A stretch of DNA of 64,000 bases from a virus: positions 23,893 through 87,892 of IMG/VR virus record IMGVR_UViG_3300029319_000017, one strand, 5' to 3'. Below, piece after piece: positions 12,001 through 18,713 of this stretch (the first letter of the stretch is position 1; each line of letters starts with the position of its first letter). Both the position numbers and the translations under genes were made by a program. The notes below the pieces were generated by a model that saw only the letters and a program-made list of their open reading frames with translations, made no database searches and was not told where the DNA came from.

Positions 12001-13133
12001 TGTTTTAAAGCTGCTCCTGGACCATATAAAGAGCCTAACATTATCATATTACTTACACCTACTAAAGCAACATTACCTGCAAATACAACATTTGCTTGGG
12101 CTCTAGCTTTATTTTCTATATCTAATTTTTCTTCTAGTGTTAACTCTCTAGCCTTACCTTCCTTTTTTTCTATCTGTCTTAAGTAATTAGTAGTTAACGT
12201 TTCTTTCATGTGCTCATAAGCCTGTCTAGATTCAACACCAGCCTCAAATCCTGCACCTGTAATTAACTGTCTTCCCATTGTAGTAGCTTCCCAGAATTTG
12301 TCAGACTTTATACCATTTTTAATTGCTTTTGTTATTTTAGTTGCATCTGCTGCCCTGTCTAAATATCTAGCTCCTCTACCAGCTGTTTTTAAAAGACGAG
12401 CAGCTCTACTAGCTAAAGCTGCAGTATACGCAGCTTGGACTGGACCTGTAGCACCAAATGTATATGCAGTTGCAGCACTTAATGCCATTTCTGTTAATGC
12501 AGCTCCTGCAACAAAACTTAAACCGTTTGTAAATTGATCTGACCAAAAGTTTGCTGTTCCTAATCTTTGCCATACACTCATTTCTCTTTCATAATTAGTG
12601 TAGTAATTAGGAAGCTTTCCATCCATATACTCATTAGCATCGTCTAAAGCATGCATAATAGAGTTATCCCATATTTTAGATACTGACCCATTTAGAATAG
12701 CAGATCCTGCACCGTATACTGTACCAATTGCACCACCAAGCACATTCGTACCAACTTTACCTACAGCTTTTGTAAGACCGTTTGCCCATTTATCAATAGT
12801 TCTTTGTCTTTGACCCCTAACTTCATTCATATCGTAGGTGTCTTCTAATCTTAATGGTGCATAAGAATCTTCTTTTTTCTCAAAAACTCCTGTATTTCCT
12901 ATAAATTGTACATTAGGTGTTTTTTGAAAAGGAGCAAGTAGTATACCCTGATTTGTAGGAGTGTATTTTTCTTGATTTTCAAGTTCTGGAATTTCTTCAA
13001 TAGAAGTTTGCTCAGGTTTTTCTGTTTGATCTTTTGTCTGATTCTCAGTTTGATTTTCAATGTTTTGATCTTCTTCAATAATAGGAAGATTATCTATCTT
13101 TTCTTTTTCTAAATTTTTTAAGTCTTCTAACAT
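1..13133 (-). CDS. Giant virion cargo polyprotein containing virion RNA polymerase (two-barrel, DFDID type) and a zincin-like metalloprotease; 3' end runs off the window (>4,377 aa)
   Basis: ATG at 13133 (MLEDLKNLEKEK...). The ORF track reports no terminated minus-strand ORF here, consistent with a frame open to position 1. In-frame motifs read from the sequence: KAGSDFDIDKL (DFDID 2060-2046), LIGFRIPTDG (~2190-2160), KLGTQ-like VTLGTQSR (~2920), TYHEGFHQV (6311-6297) followed by AEEYLAEEFR. DFDID is the catalytic motif of crAss-like/phi14:2 virion RNAPs. Confidence 0.93.
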   Translation of the reverse strand, partial: MLEDLKNLEKEKIDNLPIIEEDQNIENQTENQTKDQTEKPEQTSIEEIPELENQEKYTPTNQGILLAPFQKTPNVQFIGNTGVFEKKEDSYAPLRLEDTYDMNEVRGQRQRTIDKWANGLTKAVGKVGTNVLGGAIGTVYGAGSAILNGSVSKIWDNSIMHALDDANEYMDGKLPNYYTNYEREMSVWQRLGTANFWSDQFTNGLSFVAGAALTEMALSAATAYTFGATGPVQAAYTAALASRAARLLKTAGRGARYLDRAADATKITKAIKNGIKSDKFWEATTMGRQLITGAGFEAGVESRQAYEHMKETLTTNYLRQIEKKEGKARELTLEEKLDIENKARAQANVVFAGNVALVGVSNMIMLGSLYGPGAALKQGYQNAMGKLGLASRPTVMAADGTAKAAYTANRASKLLGISEKNAIRINKAASRIKAVGAPALYEGYIEEGGQSVLSEAAYEYTLAKHGIMGKEGTASLIDSFNRGYIKTFKDPNGQTEVMLGFMLGMLGLPGGTFNNGSWTAAGARLNEVRMNEAFQDVAADYYNKHGRDILTSIKSYADFYTEQQELQALMDKHLADGNIAEYKNLQNDKFFAYVKAKVMTGQFADIKSEADAIREMSDAEFIEYFGYQESDFNSPEEIQARKNKMADSAIRRANKIQQAFKDVDAVLKLTDNQKWTNDKIMGLRERMAHRLASIDLLSEREKSMTELLAKLTGGKVTEGDSKNRGAARTITYVDSEGNEQSFTVGAFSKERAKKYLEEVQKLLDKKDSELVVPEQLKNVVKDVQEYRSFLENQLESTKQFLGLSAGTNRDATLFLDMKEDQALRAFLEAQLKDLINTDPKAADKIEQIVQLFKDLKHVRARRQQFIADYNMARSNPDKTSLRIVQEIEKYVDDVESETAKNNIDDPEAQKLFEEFGTKAKFRVGDKWYRFDSSGNLLEEGTTNVVDSSILKNLGGRDENIVTDKQARAKKLLDAIDELKREKGTRVEKLAKDIGELEKEILDLMIEIEESGLENQVKTGRNKGKFINVKKVTEALAKLEDQINTGEALIEELRKEQKMILDQIDYLEELVSLHYNPKTREFSVDLNKSFNVNKQGQFTERYAAENEALILGAIEQGIPIDQIDRFERLGEIDNELFRLQEQIDVLNREEDSDIRNSNLEALQLEQELLREEAQKIRNAPIITTREDRDAVAEIANDLKTSINEWAGTTNKNIELINLKLDELKGHKDVLEKMIFDRIRELKNSGLDQSNAQNFDDLYQEVIREIEAYVQQVEQREALMKETGQIPDNYEFKGDKLRQQLTYITGTAAKNYNLQGTRLRGMDQDMLDMEMEGVEGLPTYRQFKQFRKNNPDIFQDIEQFFEKLDKVEKTFTESRLLEKHLKATNEEIDELNGIISEYKIQREDGDIDQQFINLDMMLNAIEYMNAVDEILAKLAQIEARVIAPTSTSSTSPNKPNNPPPSGRNYDMQADDMAKNNPFLFKPDIAGPGFYKTAGDQKTAMDTLKKLSIVDGKGNIILDENQEPTMREDLTLGEQNQFRAYRDQLIWFQATSKFVNMKKNKLMAVHSNNIPQDLEKDLKGVFFNNDQGKFMDYSHVDPNTTDIKLVLVDNTGKPVRVNAKGNTPKQGEKSYIVYTSMMGATLKDKNNVNRFTNSAGINVENALNEYKSDRDVILKSKTPILLDIKGMSAGLPNVINTVNGQKVLSPIKGRVIGSRGKKGTKDVVIQLTTKNLEDRGKVYSEITTPSGITYRVPFAGMAFTVTSAGNLAPLHLRTLNPKEAQNVINLLRIVQTRYEALKEDPANAKKDDKKLRQEAALLDVDGKKVFVFQKLKDMLYYGSGTEGQLAEDGVTRVDFFDTGKGYQMGDQFISYQDILDNNTSKLNDFLLNKLVNVNIKSLRNKNGKPSSTTPFYMPFYKETGVNTFELDDSVRFKWDNYEQYLLEAREDAAFAPPLQTNLPLMNNLSYITPQYKFRYLKFDIPGRDSRSGRVYQGEADPQAPENVVYTDIQKQEIKRYEKMLNDAKAGRPIEVEIMEGFKQAVDSKYAANLDNAEGFMLYNGDPKNISDQEYIDQLLEYLEEYKNTSRANSFRDFAFNKFKGRTEENNAAIVQGTTEQEVKENQTEVENEVEKRIEQNEKNIKKAEEAITGPPVQDFSDIPVQEDKEVSDVLGSPAEDNSIQDEIDKANEEKKDELFDDEEINLVVEQVYSGEQILDLAVEESKGVTQEEIDTINKMLPWNKVEFVAGFIKSKTPNVIGQVKGFGRTVVSELAVGGTTYHEGFHQVSYFLLNDKTRKQMYDEVRNNKGSFKDYKGKMVKFSNATDKQAEEYLAEEFRKWILSNETYKKDVYSKPKGFFARLFDRLRNFFRAMFGLDAQLQVDPNMQTVATIFNKIKAGEFADIKAPTETRNVEEVNMALLENDGNVTSARFSMDMMSTFTKHFGKTMFDDPNLKLTLSELEMLSNPNRYDEYNNKLVKIYKTAFSRMYDELGSKIKIYTDLASNTNDTALKDKYNLLAQRAAKARLFLNGGRVKTTRDGNIKSFQEVHRQFLLSIGIDTSLKVEKEENLKNGQSDPFNILESMQFSATGNSHPYIKLLLGTLANETTINITGTTGIVDSNYAMNFIQDRLSGITDPNKQIEKLKQLSDKHVWIKPLVKRLGELDDNSSFDQMKLSNMFAQQMNKTKNTFDSFVLDTEGNFYSVDPNANQLKNIIITPWRNNLKNSNVKDVDGRLLVSVQDGELKINLDYKPKIGKIRNKSLKQINQTGVLRSLVLDDPNTVLELFENFGFEFADRAAILNNLDKTIDGKTIKQILRDSASWVLSELNKPDNTLGADLFSRETIDAQTRLGNLLKVEMLFNDKAVELKHFNAEGKPVYGITLNTYMSLISNKLNSGILPEHFKNNPYVANSLVLKAISADPNAKIEMHVIEGLRIDRAGDQGLHTSHLTYEDRAAMYINSVLNGVIPILRTADAKTEYGVRFPIEQFTDPVDVREQLLGYFVDELTTAVNFNTKGLGKDIKDYNRKGGGLRVFKQIVESRLQPSEMIDLTNVLQGHMPINEFMGKNKSVIQSAIINYLNEEASKNKKLMLQTRILTKGKGNTFLNNGLDTQTVSNITGDKVGKQLTANQVDAIASAFALQNFIGNVEQLKLFFGDVAQYKDLYKRTKLASGTKKFPRVDDRMNSWLNNNEPEVSEEVKENYGEHNKSYNGQANIMIYADPVSESVYWREYAEYLGEDISNLYRNIEEADANAFANIHFYRELMMRIGDWTEQQENLFRKSMLGKELTKEELTAFPTLKPQGFGPAISELKQMVGLKLSLTPIFPQMTRINGQDTALKGLLKDMYESGTDMVMHPTAAKIGSRVDLVTGNAPQFYNEDGTINPIDSDLHTVIDLSYFGIQVDINKEFKGKVTLGTQSRTHILANLYEGGMPADYTGDIASWEKMTPEQKKKASSVHKDASDYLDAVNEITRRSRENLLKRFNLEKVVDSKGEVSYKLTGGNIQKFADMIRDEIAKRNYPENVAAGIESLLNQPDGDKKVFDIIVNKGRLENLLFSLVGNNSITQKVKGENAVQVSSLGSENTVRIVRQGKVESSGRNGLKFYRKKDPNNPNSETLGMEVYLPHYFKEFLGEGLQVRPDGVYNQRGQKVGDSNLLQLIGFRIPTDGLHSIDFMTIKGFLPPQSGAQVMVPSELVVKAGSDFDIDKLTLYMPSYTVKDGKITKREFINADTNTKEGIKQYYDALYGPFNRFWDKFSKDLVNARAQEMGSTEAAVENLLLAIFRDNPNVAGDQLYDYSDAEIEVLFSRFKKLANNPDKDRADRVEDVVAEFKKLEKKANKIPSLDEFFIENKGKNPVELNHMGAVQNRMIDLKTKILSTPRSYTQLLNPIGTRVILDIRSELGIAERQVSDAELISYPHIFNITKDFQSGKNGLGIAATNATHIVKSQQAGLYLRPNVTIEGVKEFSNIGINIEGFSGLTGSAIRLDRIYDIKGEHRITEIASELLNVFADASEDPIVADLNLVPEVGNALMFLLRSGVPVREAVFFINQPIIKEYISRLNANSSKINMVKNNPQSKATIFNAVLGYYAPTKKGSRRTPKLFSAENLKEMSTKTRTEIIEQGLGEDQLQVLEDFVLYDAVGGELTGLTLATSFDTAIPKSRNHAKLLLNKFDDIKHRNVFGNIDNLIQRTHLNEFYLTHEAASKQFNSMFLTERAGPRAVGQLDAIFDIFSDPRLPLSEAARLTVLNEAENELIVAALLAENFDGVKLGNKAEQLFLGERSAAKRVTELQKLYPNNPFLQSLLPSVEKVRTGPLRGTDNIKLYSRILNNYEANSLRDAFLELPETDQNMLIDHAILQSGMSLNNMSYLHILPTEKFTERAVRIVSKL

Positions 13134-13147
13134 ATGTTTTTAGTTTA

Positions 13148-15238
13148 TTATCCTCCTGTTGGAACAGAATCAAAGCCAAGTAATCTTGAGCCTTGATATG
13201 CAGAATCATATAATTCATCTAATTTATTAGGTTCTTGTTGAACTTTTTTACCAATTGCCTTGTTGTCTTTATCATAAAATACGTAAGTAACTACAGGATA
13301 AAATCCTTTTTGGTTTGTGTTGTTTCCGTTTGCATCTTTTAAAAAATCATACTCATATTCAATAGAAGCAACCGTTACTCCTCCATATTCATTTTGATAA
13401 GATTCTACATATTGTACAGGCTGGCCATTAGGACTGTTATATCCATTTGTAACATGTGTATATAAAGCATTTGCAACTTCAAATGCTTGTTTTACTTCAT
13501 TTTGTGCTCCAATTTCTACTTGTACAGAACCATTTTCTGTATTAATTTGTACTACTCCTGATCCTGCTTGATGCCCTTGAGCCATCATACCAGCATAATA
13601 ATAATCTCCATCTTTAATAGCCTTATATATATCTTGTTCACTTATACCTTTATGAACTTCAGCTAATCTTTCTACAGCATCTTTTAAACTATTAGTATAA
13701 CTACCGTCTTGTTTTCTAACATGCACACTTCTGTTTGTAAGTAAAGAAGGTTTTACTTTAGGATCATTCATATTTTTTAAATGCTCGTTATCTCCTGTAT
13801 ATATTTTAGAAACTTGAGCTTGTGTATTTTCCATTTCTTTAGTTATATGCTCTAAAAATGCTTTATCACTATCAAAAGACTGTCTTACATCTGCATTTTC
13901 TATTAATAATTTTGCTATATATTCATCTCTACCTGCAAATAATTGTGCTTCAGACATTAATTGAATATTACCTCCTGACTCTTGTACAAGATTATCATAT
14001 CTCTCTAACATATCTTCACCAGCTTGTTCTATACATTTTGGATCTCCATTACATTGATTTATAGCAAGTTCAAATTTACTATCTTTAAAATTATAATTAC
14101 CATCTTCATCAAAAATTCTTTTACCTGGTACTAACCAATCTACAAAACTTCCTAGACCAACACCAGCTAGTGTACCTAAAGGACCAAAAAACGAACCAAT
14201 ATTACCTCCTATTAAAGCACCTTCTAATATGCCATCATCTTCATAGTCTTTAAAGCTTCCATCGTCATTTTTTGCAAATAAACTACCAGGAGTTAAAAGT
14301 TTATTATTTTGTTGAACATTAGTAGTTGTAGTACCAACTAAACCTGGATTTTGTTGTTGTACATAATATGGATTTTTTTGATAGCTAAATGAACTTTTTC
14401 CAGCCTGTTTAGATGCAATAGCAAGCATTTGACTTTTAATTACTTCTTGAGCTTTTTCTGGAGTATATGTTTCACCTGTTTCAGGATCTATTTCTAACTG
14501 TGTTAACTTTCTCATTTGTTGTATACCCTCATCAGTTGATAAGTAAGTACCCATTAATCCATCAACAACACGTTGTACCTTACTATTACTAAGGTATGCA
14601 CCTGTTCTTATTAGTGCTCCTATTTGTTTAATGCCTGTATCACTCATAGATATGTTAGCTACAAGATCAGCCATTTTTTCATCATAGCCAAGCATTTGTT
14701 CAAACTTAGGTTCGTATACACTTGTAACCATTTCTCCTGTTTCAGGATCTTGATAATGAGATCTATGCATGCTAGCAATTTCTTTAAGTATAGGCTGTCC
14801 ATTTTCATCTCTAACTAAATTACCTTCATTATCTCTTACAAATTCTTTGTCAAATAAAATTTGTGCTCCTTGAGCTCTTAACTGTGCTTTAGCTTTCTTT
14901 TCTAAATCATAGTTAGCATAAGATTGTCTAGCAGCTATTAAACCTTCATTAGTCATAAAGTCTGTTGTAGCCTTAGATACTGTATTACCTGCAATTTCAA
15001 ATGCTCCACTAGCAGCAATATCAGAAAATTGACCGTTAATATTATTAATCATATCATCTTTTAAACCCTCATCACCTTCTAATACTTGCATAGAACCTAC
15101 TGTTCTATTAAGCATATCATAATTAAGTTTATTATCATCATATCTTTTCTTTAATATAGTTGCTACCTGCACTTTACCAGGATCAACATACATTGATTGA
15201 TATGGTTTTAATTCGTATCTACTGTATCTATTTGCCAT
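13148..15238 (-). CDS. Putative virion cargo/ejection protein (696 aa)
   Basis: Long ORF immediately upstream of the vRNAP gene; N-terminus MANRYSRYELKPYQSMYVDP; internal Gly-rich hydrophobic segment GALIGGNIGSFFGPLGTLAGVGLG; position matches crAss-like cargo genes. Confidence 0.7.
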   Translation of the reverse strand: MANRYSRYELKPYQSMYVDPGKVQVATILKKRYDDNKLNYDMLNRTVGSMQVLEGDEGLKDDMINNINGQFSDIAASGAFEIAGNTVSKATTDFMTNEGLIAARQSYANYDLEKKAKAQLRAQGAQILFDKEFVRDNEGNLVRDENGQPILKEIASMHRSHYQDPETGEMVTSVYEPKFEQMLGYDEKMADLVANISMSDTGIKQIGALIRTGAYLSNSKVQRVVDGLMGTYLSTDEGIQQMRKLTQLEIDPETGETYTPEKAQEVIKSQMLAIASKQAGKSSFSYQKNPYYVQQQNPGLVGTTTTNVQQNNKLLTPGSLFAKNDDGSFKDYEDDGILEGALIGGNIGSFFGPLGTLAGVGLGSFVDWLVPGKRIFDEDGNYNFKDSKFELAINQCNGDPKCIEQAGEDMLERYDNLVQESGGNIQLMSEAQLFAGRDEYIAKLLIENADVRQSFDSDKAFLEHITKEMENTQAQVSKIYTGDNEHLKNMNDPKVKPSLLTNRSVHVRKQDGSYTNSLKDAVERLAEVHKGISEQDIYKAIKDGDYYYAGMMAQGHQAGSGVVQINTENGSVQVEIGAQNEVKQAFEVANALYTHVTNGYNSPNGQPVQYVESYQNEYGGVTVASIEYEYDFLKDANGNNTNQKGFYPVVTYVFYDKDNKAIGKKVQQEPNKLDELYDSAYQGSRLLGFDSVPTGG

Positions 15239-15239
15239 A

Positions 15240-18200
15240 TTAACACTTTTTTAACATTTTTCTACCCCCTCTTCCATATAAAGATCTATAACCTCCTTCT
15301 CTTTGATTGGTATTGTTGCTTAGTTTTTTAAGATAACCTGCAAATGCATTTGAATACTCGGGAGTACCTTTTTTATCTTCCATACCTGGATTCAGTCTTT
15401 GAAAGTCTAGCTCATGTGTATAAAAATTATCTAATACATTTGTTTGACCTGCAATAGCTCTTGATAAATCATCTTGTGCTTTATATTGTAGGTAATCAGC
15501 TCCCATACCTGCTATACTTTGTACTGCATTTTGTACAGCCATTAACTTACGATCTTTAGTAGCAGCATCCGCAGCTCTATTAAACTCATCTACAGTTATA
15601 CGATTTGCAATATTTTGTCTTGTGTTTTGACTGTTTATTGCAGCTTCTTGTTGTTGTATCTGAGCATTAGCTCTTGCTTCTGCACTACCTATTTGTACAT
15701 CCTGCGCTTGTTTTTTACCCCATGATGCCATCTTAGCAGCAATACCTCCAGGGCCTGCTCCACTCTGCTCTATAAATCTACTCATTCCTCTATAGTTGCC
15801 TTCATTTTGTTCTCTTTCTGCATTAAATCTTACTCTATCTAAATGTGTTTCAGGAATTCTACCTGGCTCTGCCATATAGTCTGGTTTTTCTTTAAAAGCC
15901 ATATATGCAGGAAGTAATTGTAATCCTGCTCCAAGTAATGGTATTCCTGCTTGTCCTAACCCTCTTAAAAATCCACTTCTCTTTTTAGTATTTTCTTCTT
16001 CCGCTGTAGGAGATTCTTCTTCTATTTCAGGTTCACCAGTCCATTGATATTCATCATCAGGATCTTCATCTATTACAATGTCTAAATAAGGATTAAATTG
16101 ATATATATTAGGATCATATGACCCTGGCTCTACTTCATAAATATCTACTTCTTGCAATTCACTAAATTCTTTTAAAGCATTTAATGTATCTATACCAAAT
16201 TTACCATCTACACCTTGTTTATTTTTTCCTAAATCACCTTCTAATATATCTGTTTCTCTTCCACTAAAAAATGTTGGATTAGAATTTTTCAATTCTTCTG
16301 AAGGATTCATTAAATTACTTTGCAGTAATTTTACATGCTCTGGATTTCTAGGATCAAATGTATCTAATCCTGTAATAGCAGCTGCTTCATCTAAATACTC
16401 TGCTATATCTTCATCCGTTACTTTATTATATAATCCTGTAAATTCAGTTTTCTTTTTACTATCATTTTTTTTCTTATCATCATTTTTCTTATCATCATTG
16501 TTATTAGTTACAGGGTCATCATTTTTATTGTCAATCTTGTCAACAATTTCAAACGCCCCAAGTTCAGAATTATATCTAATTTCTTTACCTTCAGGAATCT
16601 CTATACTTGATAATGGTTGATATCCTTCTTGATCTAAAACACCACCACCATTTGCATACTTTTTTCTTTCGCCTCCAAGATCATACTTATCTCTACCAGC
16701 TGCTTTTTCTTGTATAGCTGCTAATCGTTCTATATCTTGTTGACTACCACCTTTTTTTAATATATCTTTATGTCTTTGCGCAAAAGATTTTCCTCCTAGT
16801 TTTAAATAACTAGAGAAAAAATAATCGCTTCCTTGTACTTTATCCATAGTTTCTCCACCCTCAACTTCTGTCATAGGGTCTAATTTAATTCCACCTTGTT
16901 CATGTTTTTTACCAACAAATTCTGTTGCTCCTCCTGGTAATGGTTTTGCTACACCTCCATCTAATTGTTTAGTTCCTCCATGTCTATATCCTAACATCAT
17001 AGTATTAGTAGGATCCATTATTGGCCCTGATTGAGATGGTCCAGATGCTGGTGGAACAACTAAAGGCATATTTTTGTTTGCAGCCATATGTTTATCTGTT
17101 TTAAGAGTACTTTTTGCTGCAGTTTTACCTCCACTTGTTGCAACTTTAAGACTACTCCCAGTATTTACTAATGGTTTTATAGGAGTTTTAGCTAATTTAC
17201 TTACACCTTTTATTCCTGCTTTAGCAAAAGATCCTCCCCAAGGAATAAATCCTAAACCAGCCATTCCTGCAGATTTTAGCGCATTCATATAATCACCTTC
17301 TTGAAGGTACTTACGAGCATCATTTGCATCTAATACTCCAGCAGCAAATCCAGCTAGAGGATTAAACATTCCTGCTACATCAAGAGCTAATCTTGCTTTG
17401 TTAGGGTCTACAGGCCCTCCTACTTCTACCTTTTTTCCATCAGGTGTTCTACTAAAATCATACCCCCCTCCAACAAATTTTCTAGGACTATTTTCTTGAC
17501 TTGCGTAGTTTAGGAGCCCGCCCTCCATATAAAAATTTCTGTATCCACCATCTTTATTCATCCTATCATTGTATATCATTTTTTTTAATTTGTTTGCGCG
17601 AGTTGCATTGTAGTACCTGTTAAGAACAAATGGCTGAGCAAATTTTTCAGCCTCTTCTAAAGCTTCCTTTGTACCTTTTGGTTGACCTTGTTTTGCTAGA
17701 TTTTCCATCCTTTTTCTATCTCCTTCTCTGTATCCACCATCTTGATTTTGACTTCGCTTTAAAGCTGCATCTGTAGGAGCACCTTTACTGCCTGGCTTTC
17801 TCATTTTTTCACCTGATCCTGCTTTTATTCTTTTTCTTTTAGCGTGTATATTAGCCCAAAGACCTGGACGACCTCCTGTTCTTAAAGTTCCCATGTCAGA
17901 TCCTGTATATTCTTTACCAGTTAAATTACCTGCAAATATAGCTTGATTAGCTTGTGCTTTTCTTGCTTCTTCTTCTGCCTCCATTTCTCTTGCTTCATCT
18001 CTAGCCTTTTTTCCTTTAAGACCGCTACTAATACCTCCTACTACTGCACCAACTCCTGCTCCAATTGCAGTACCAACTCCTGGTATAATACTACCTATTG
18101 TAGCTCCTGTTGCCGCACCTTTACCCATACCGCTTAATACAGTACCTGATGTTTCTCCTACATTCATCGTTGTAGCGTCATCATCATCAGAAACAGCAGT

Positions 18201-18713
18201 TATACCCTGTCCTACTAAATTAGCAGCTTGACCATATAAGTTAGCTTGACCTGCTGTCATACCTTCACCTGCTGCATAATTTTTTGCTGATTGCTCACCA
18301 AATATTTTAGCGTGCATGCCTCCAGGCGCATCAGCTGTACCATATTGACTTTTTAACAATTCCTCTTGATTCATACCAAACATATTTTTATCTTCTTTAA
18401 ATCTTTCTGTAGCAAGACTTTGCAATTGAGATGCACCTTGGGTTAAAGATTGATTTAGCATTTGATTAGTTTGATTTCTTTGTGTTTGCTGTTGTTGAAA
18501 TTGTTGTTGCCAAGGATTAGCCTGTATTTGAGCTAATTGATTTTCACCAGCATTTATTTGAGCTTGATTAACTTGTTCATACGAAGCTTGAGGTCCTGGA
18601 TTTATCATAGAAGTAGGTACAGTATTATTACCATACATACCTCCCATATTATAATAAGTTATTCTTCCTCCACGTTTGTAGAGTTTTCTTTTTTTAATTT
18701 TGTCTTTTTTCAT
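15240..18713 (-). CDS. Putative virion cargo/ejection protein, modular with many xxxGG motifs (~1,157 aa)
   Basis: Likely start ATG 18713 (MKKDKIKK), with less overlap of the upstream gene than the track start 18734. Glycine-zipper GAATGATIGSIIPGVGTAIGAGVGAVVGG; HEQGG...EVEGGET motif; Q/A-rich coiled-coil C-terminus. Confidence 0.72.
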   Translation of the reverse strand: MKKDKIKKRKLYKRGGRITYYNMGGMYGNNTVPTSMINPGPQASYEQVNQAQINAGENQLAQIQANPWQQQFQQQQTQRNQTNQMLNQSLTQGASQLQSLATERFKEDKNMFGMNQEELLKSQYGTADAPGGMHAKIFGEQSAKNYAAGEGMTAGQANLYGQAANLVGQGITAVSDDDDATTMNVGETSGTVLSGMGKGAATGATIGSIIPGVGTAIGAGVGAVVGGISSGLKGKKARDEAREMEAEEEARKAQANQAIFAGNLTGKEYTGSDMGTLRTGGRPGLWANIHAKRKRIKAGSGEKMRKPGSKGAPTDAALKRSQNQDGGYREGDRKRMENLAKQGQPKGTKEALEEAEKFAQPFVLNRYYNATRANKLKKMIYNDRMNKDGGYRNFYMEGGLLNYASQENSPRKFVGGGYDFSRTPDGKKVEVGGPVDPNKARLALDVAGMFNPLAGFAAGVLDANDARKYLQEGDYMNALKSAGMAGLGFIPWGGSFAKAGIKGVSKLAKTPIKPLVNTGSSLKVATSGGKTAAKSTLKTDKHMAANKNMPLVVPPASGPSQSGPIMDPTNTMMLGYRHGGTKQLDGGVAKPLPGGATEFVGKKHEQGGIKLDPMTEVEGGETMDKVQGSDYFFSSYLKLGGKSFAQRHKDILKKGGSQQDIERLAAIQEKAAGRDKYDLGGERKKYANGGGVLDQEGYQPLSSIEIPEGKEIRYNSELGAFEIVDKIDNKNDDPVTNNNDDKKNDDKKKNDSKKKTEFTGLYNKVTDEDIAEYLDEAAAITGLDTFDPRNPEHVKLLQSNLMNPSEELKNSNPTFFSGRETDILEGDLGKNKQGVDGKFGIDTLNALKEFSELQEVDIYEVEPGSYDPNIYQFNPYLDIVIDEDPDDEYQWTGEPEIEEESPTAEEENTKKRSGFLRGLGQAGIPLLGAGLQLLPAYMAFKEKPDYMAEPGRIPETHLDRVRFNAEREQNEGNYRGMSRFIEQSGAGPGGIAAKMASWGKKQAQDVQIGSAEARANAQIQQQEAAINSQNTRQNIANRITVDEFNRAADAATKDRKLMAVQNAVQSIAGMGADYLQYKAQDDLSRAIAGQTNVLDNFYTHELDFQRLNPGMEDKKGTPEYSNAFAGYLKKLSNNTNQREGGYRSLYGRGGRKMLKKC

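Noticed and set aside
208-12537. Plus-strand ORFs in the track across 0.2-12.5 kb
   Set aside because: They are antisense shadows of the giant minus-strand vRNAP ORF, with S/L/F-rich non-biological composition.
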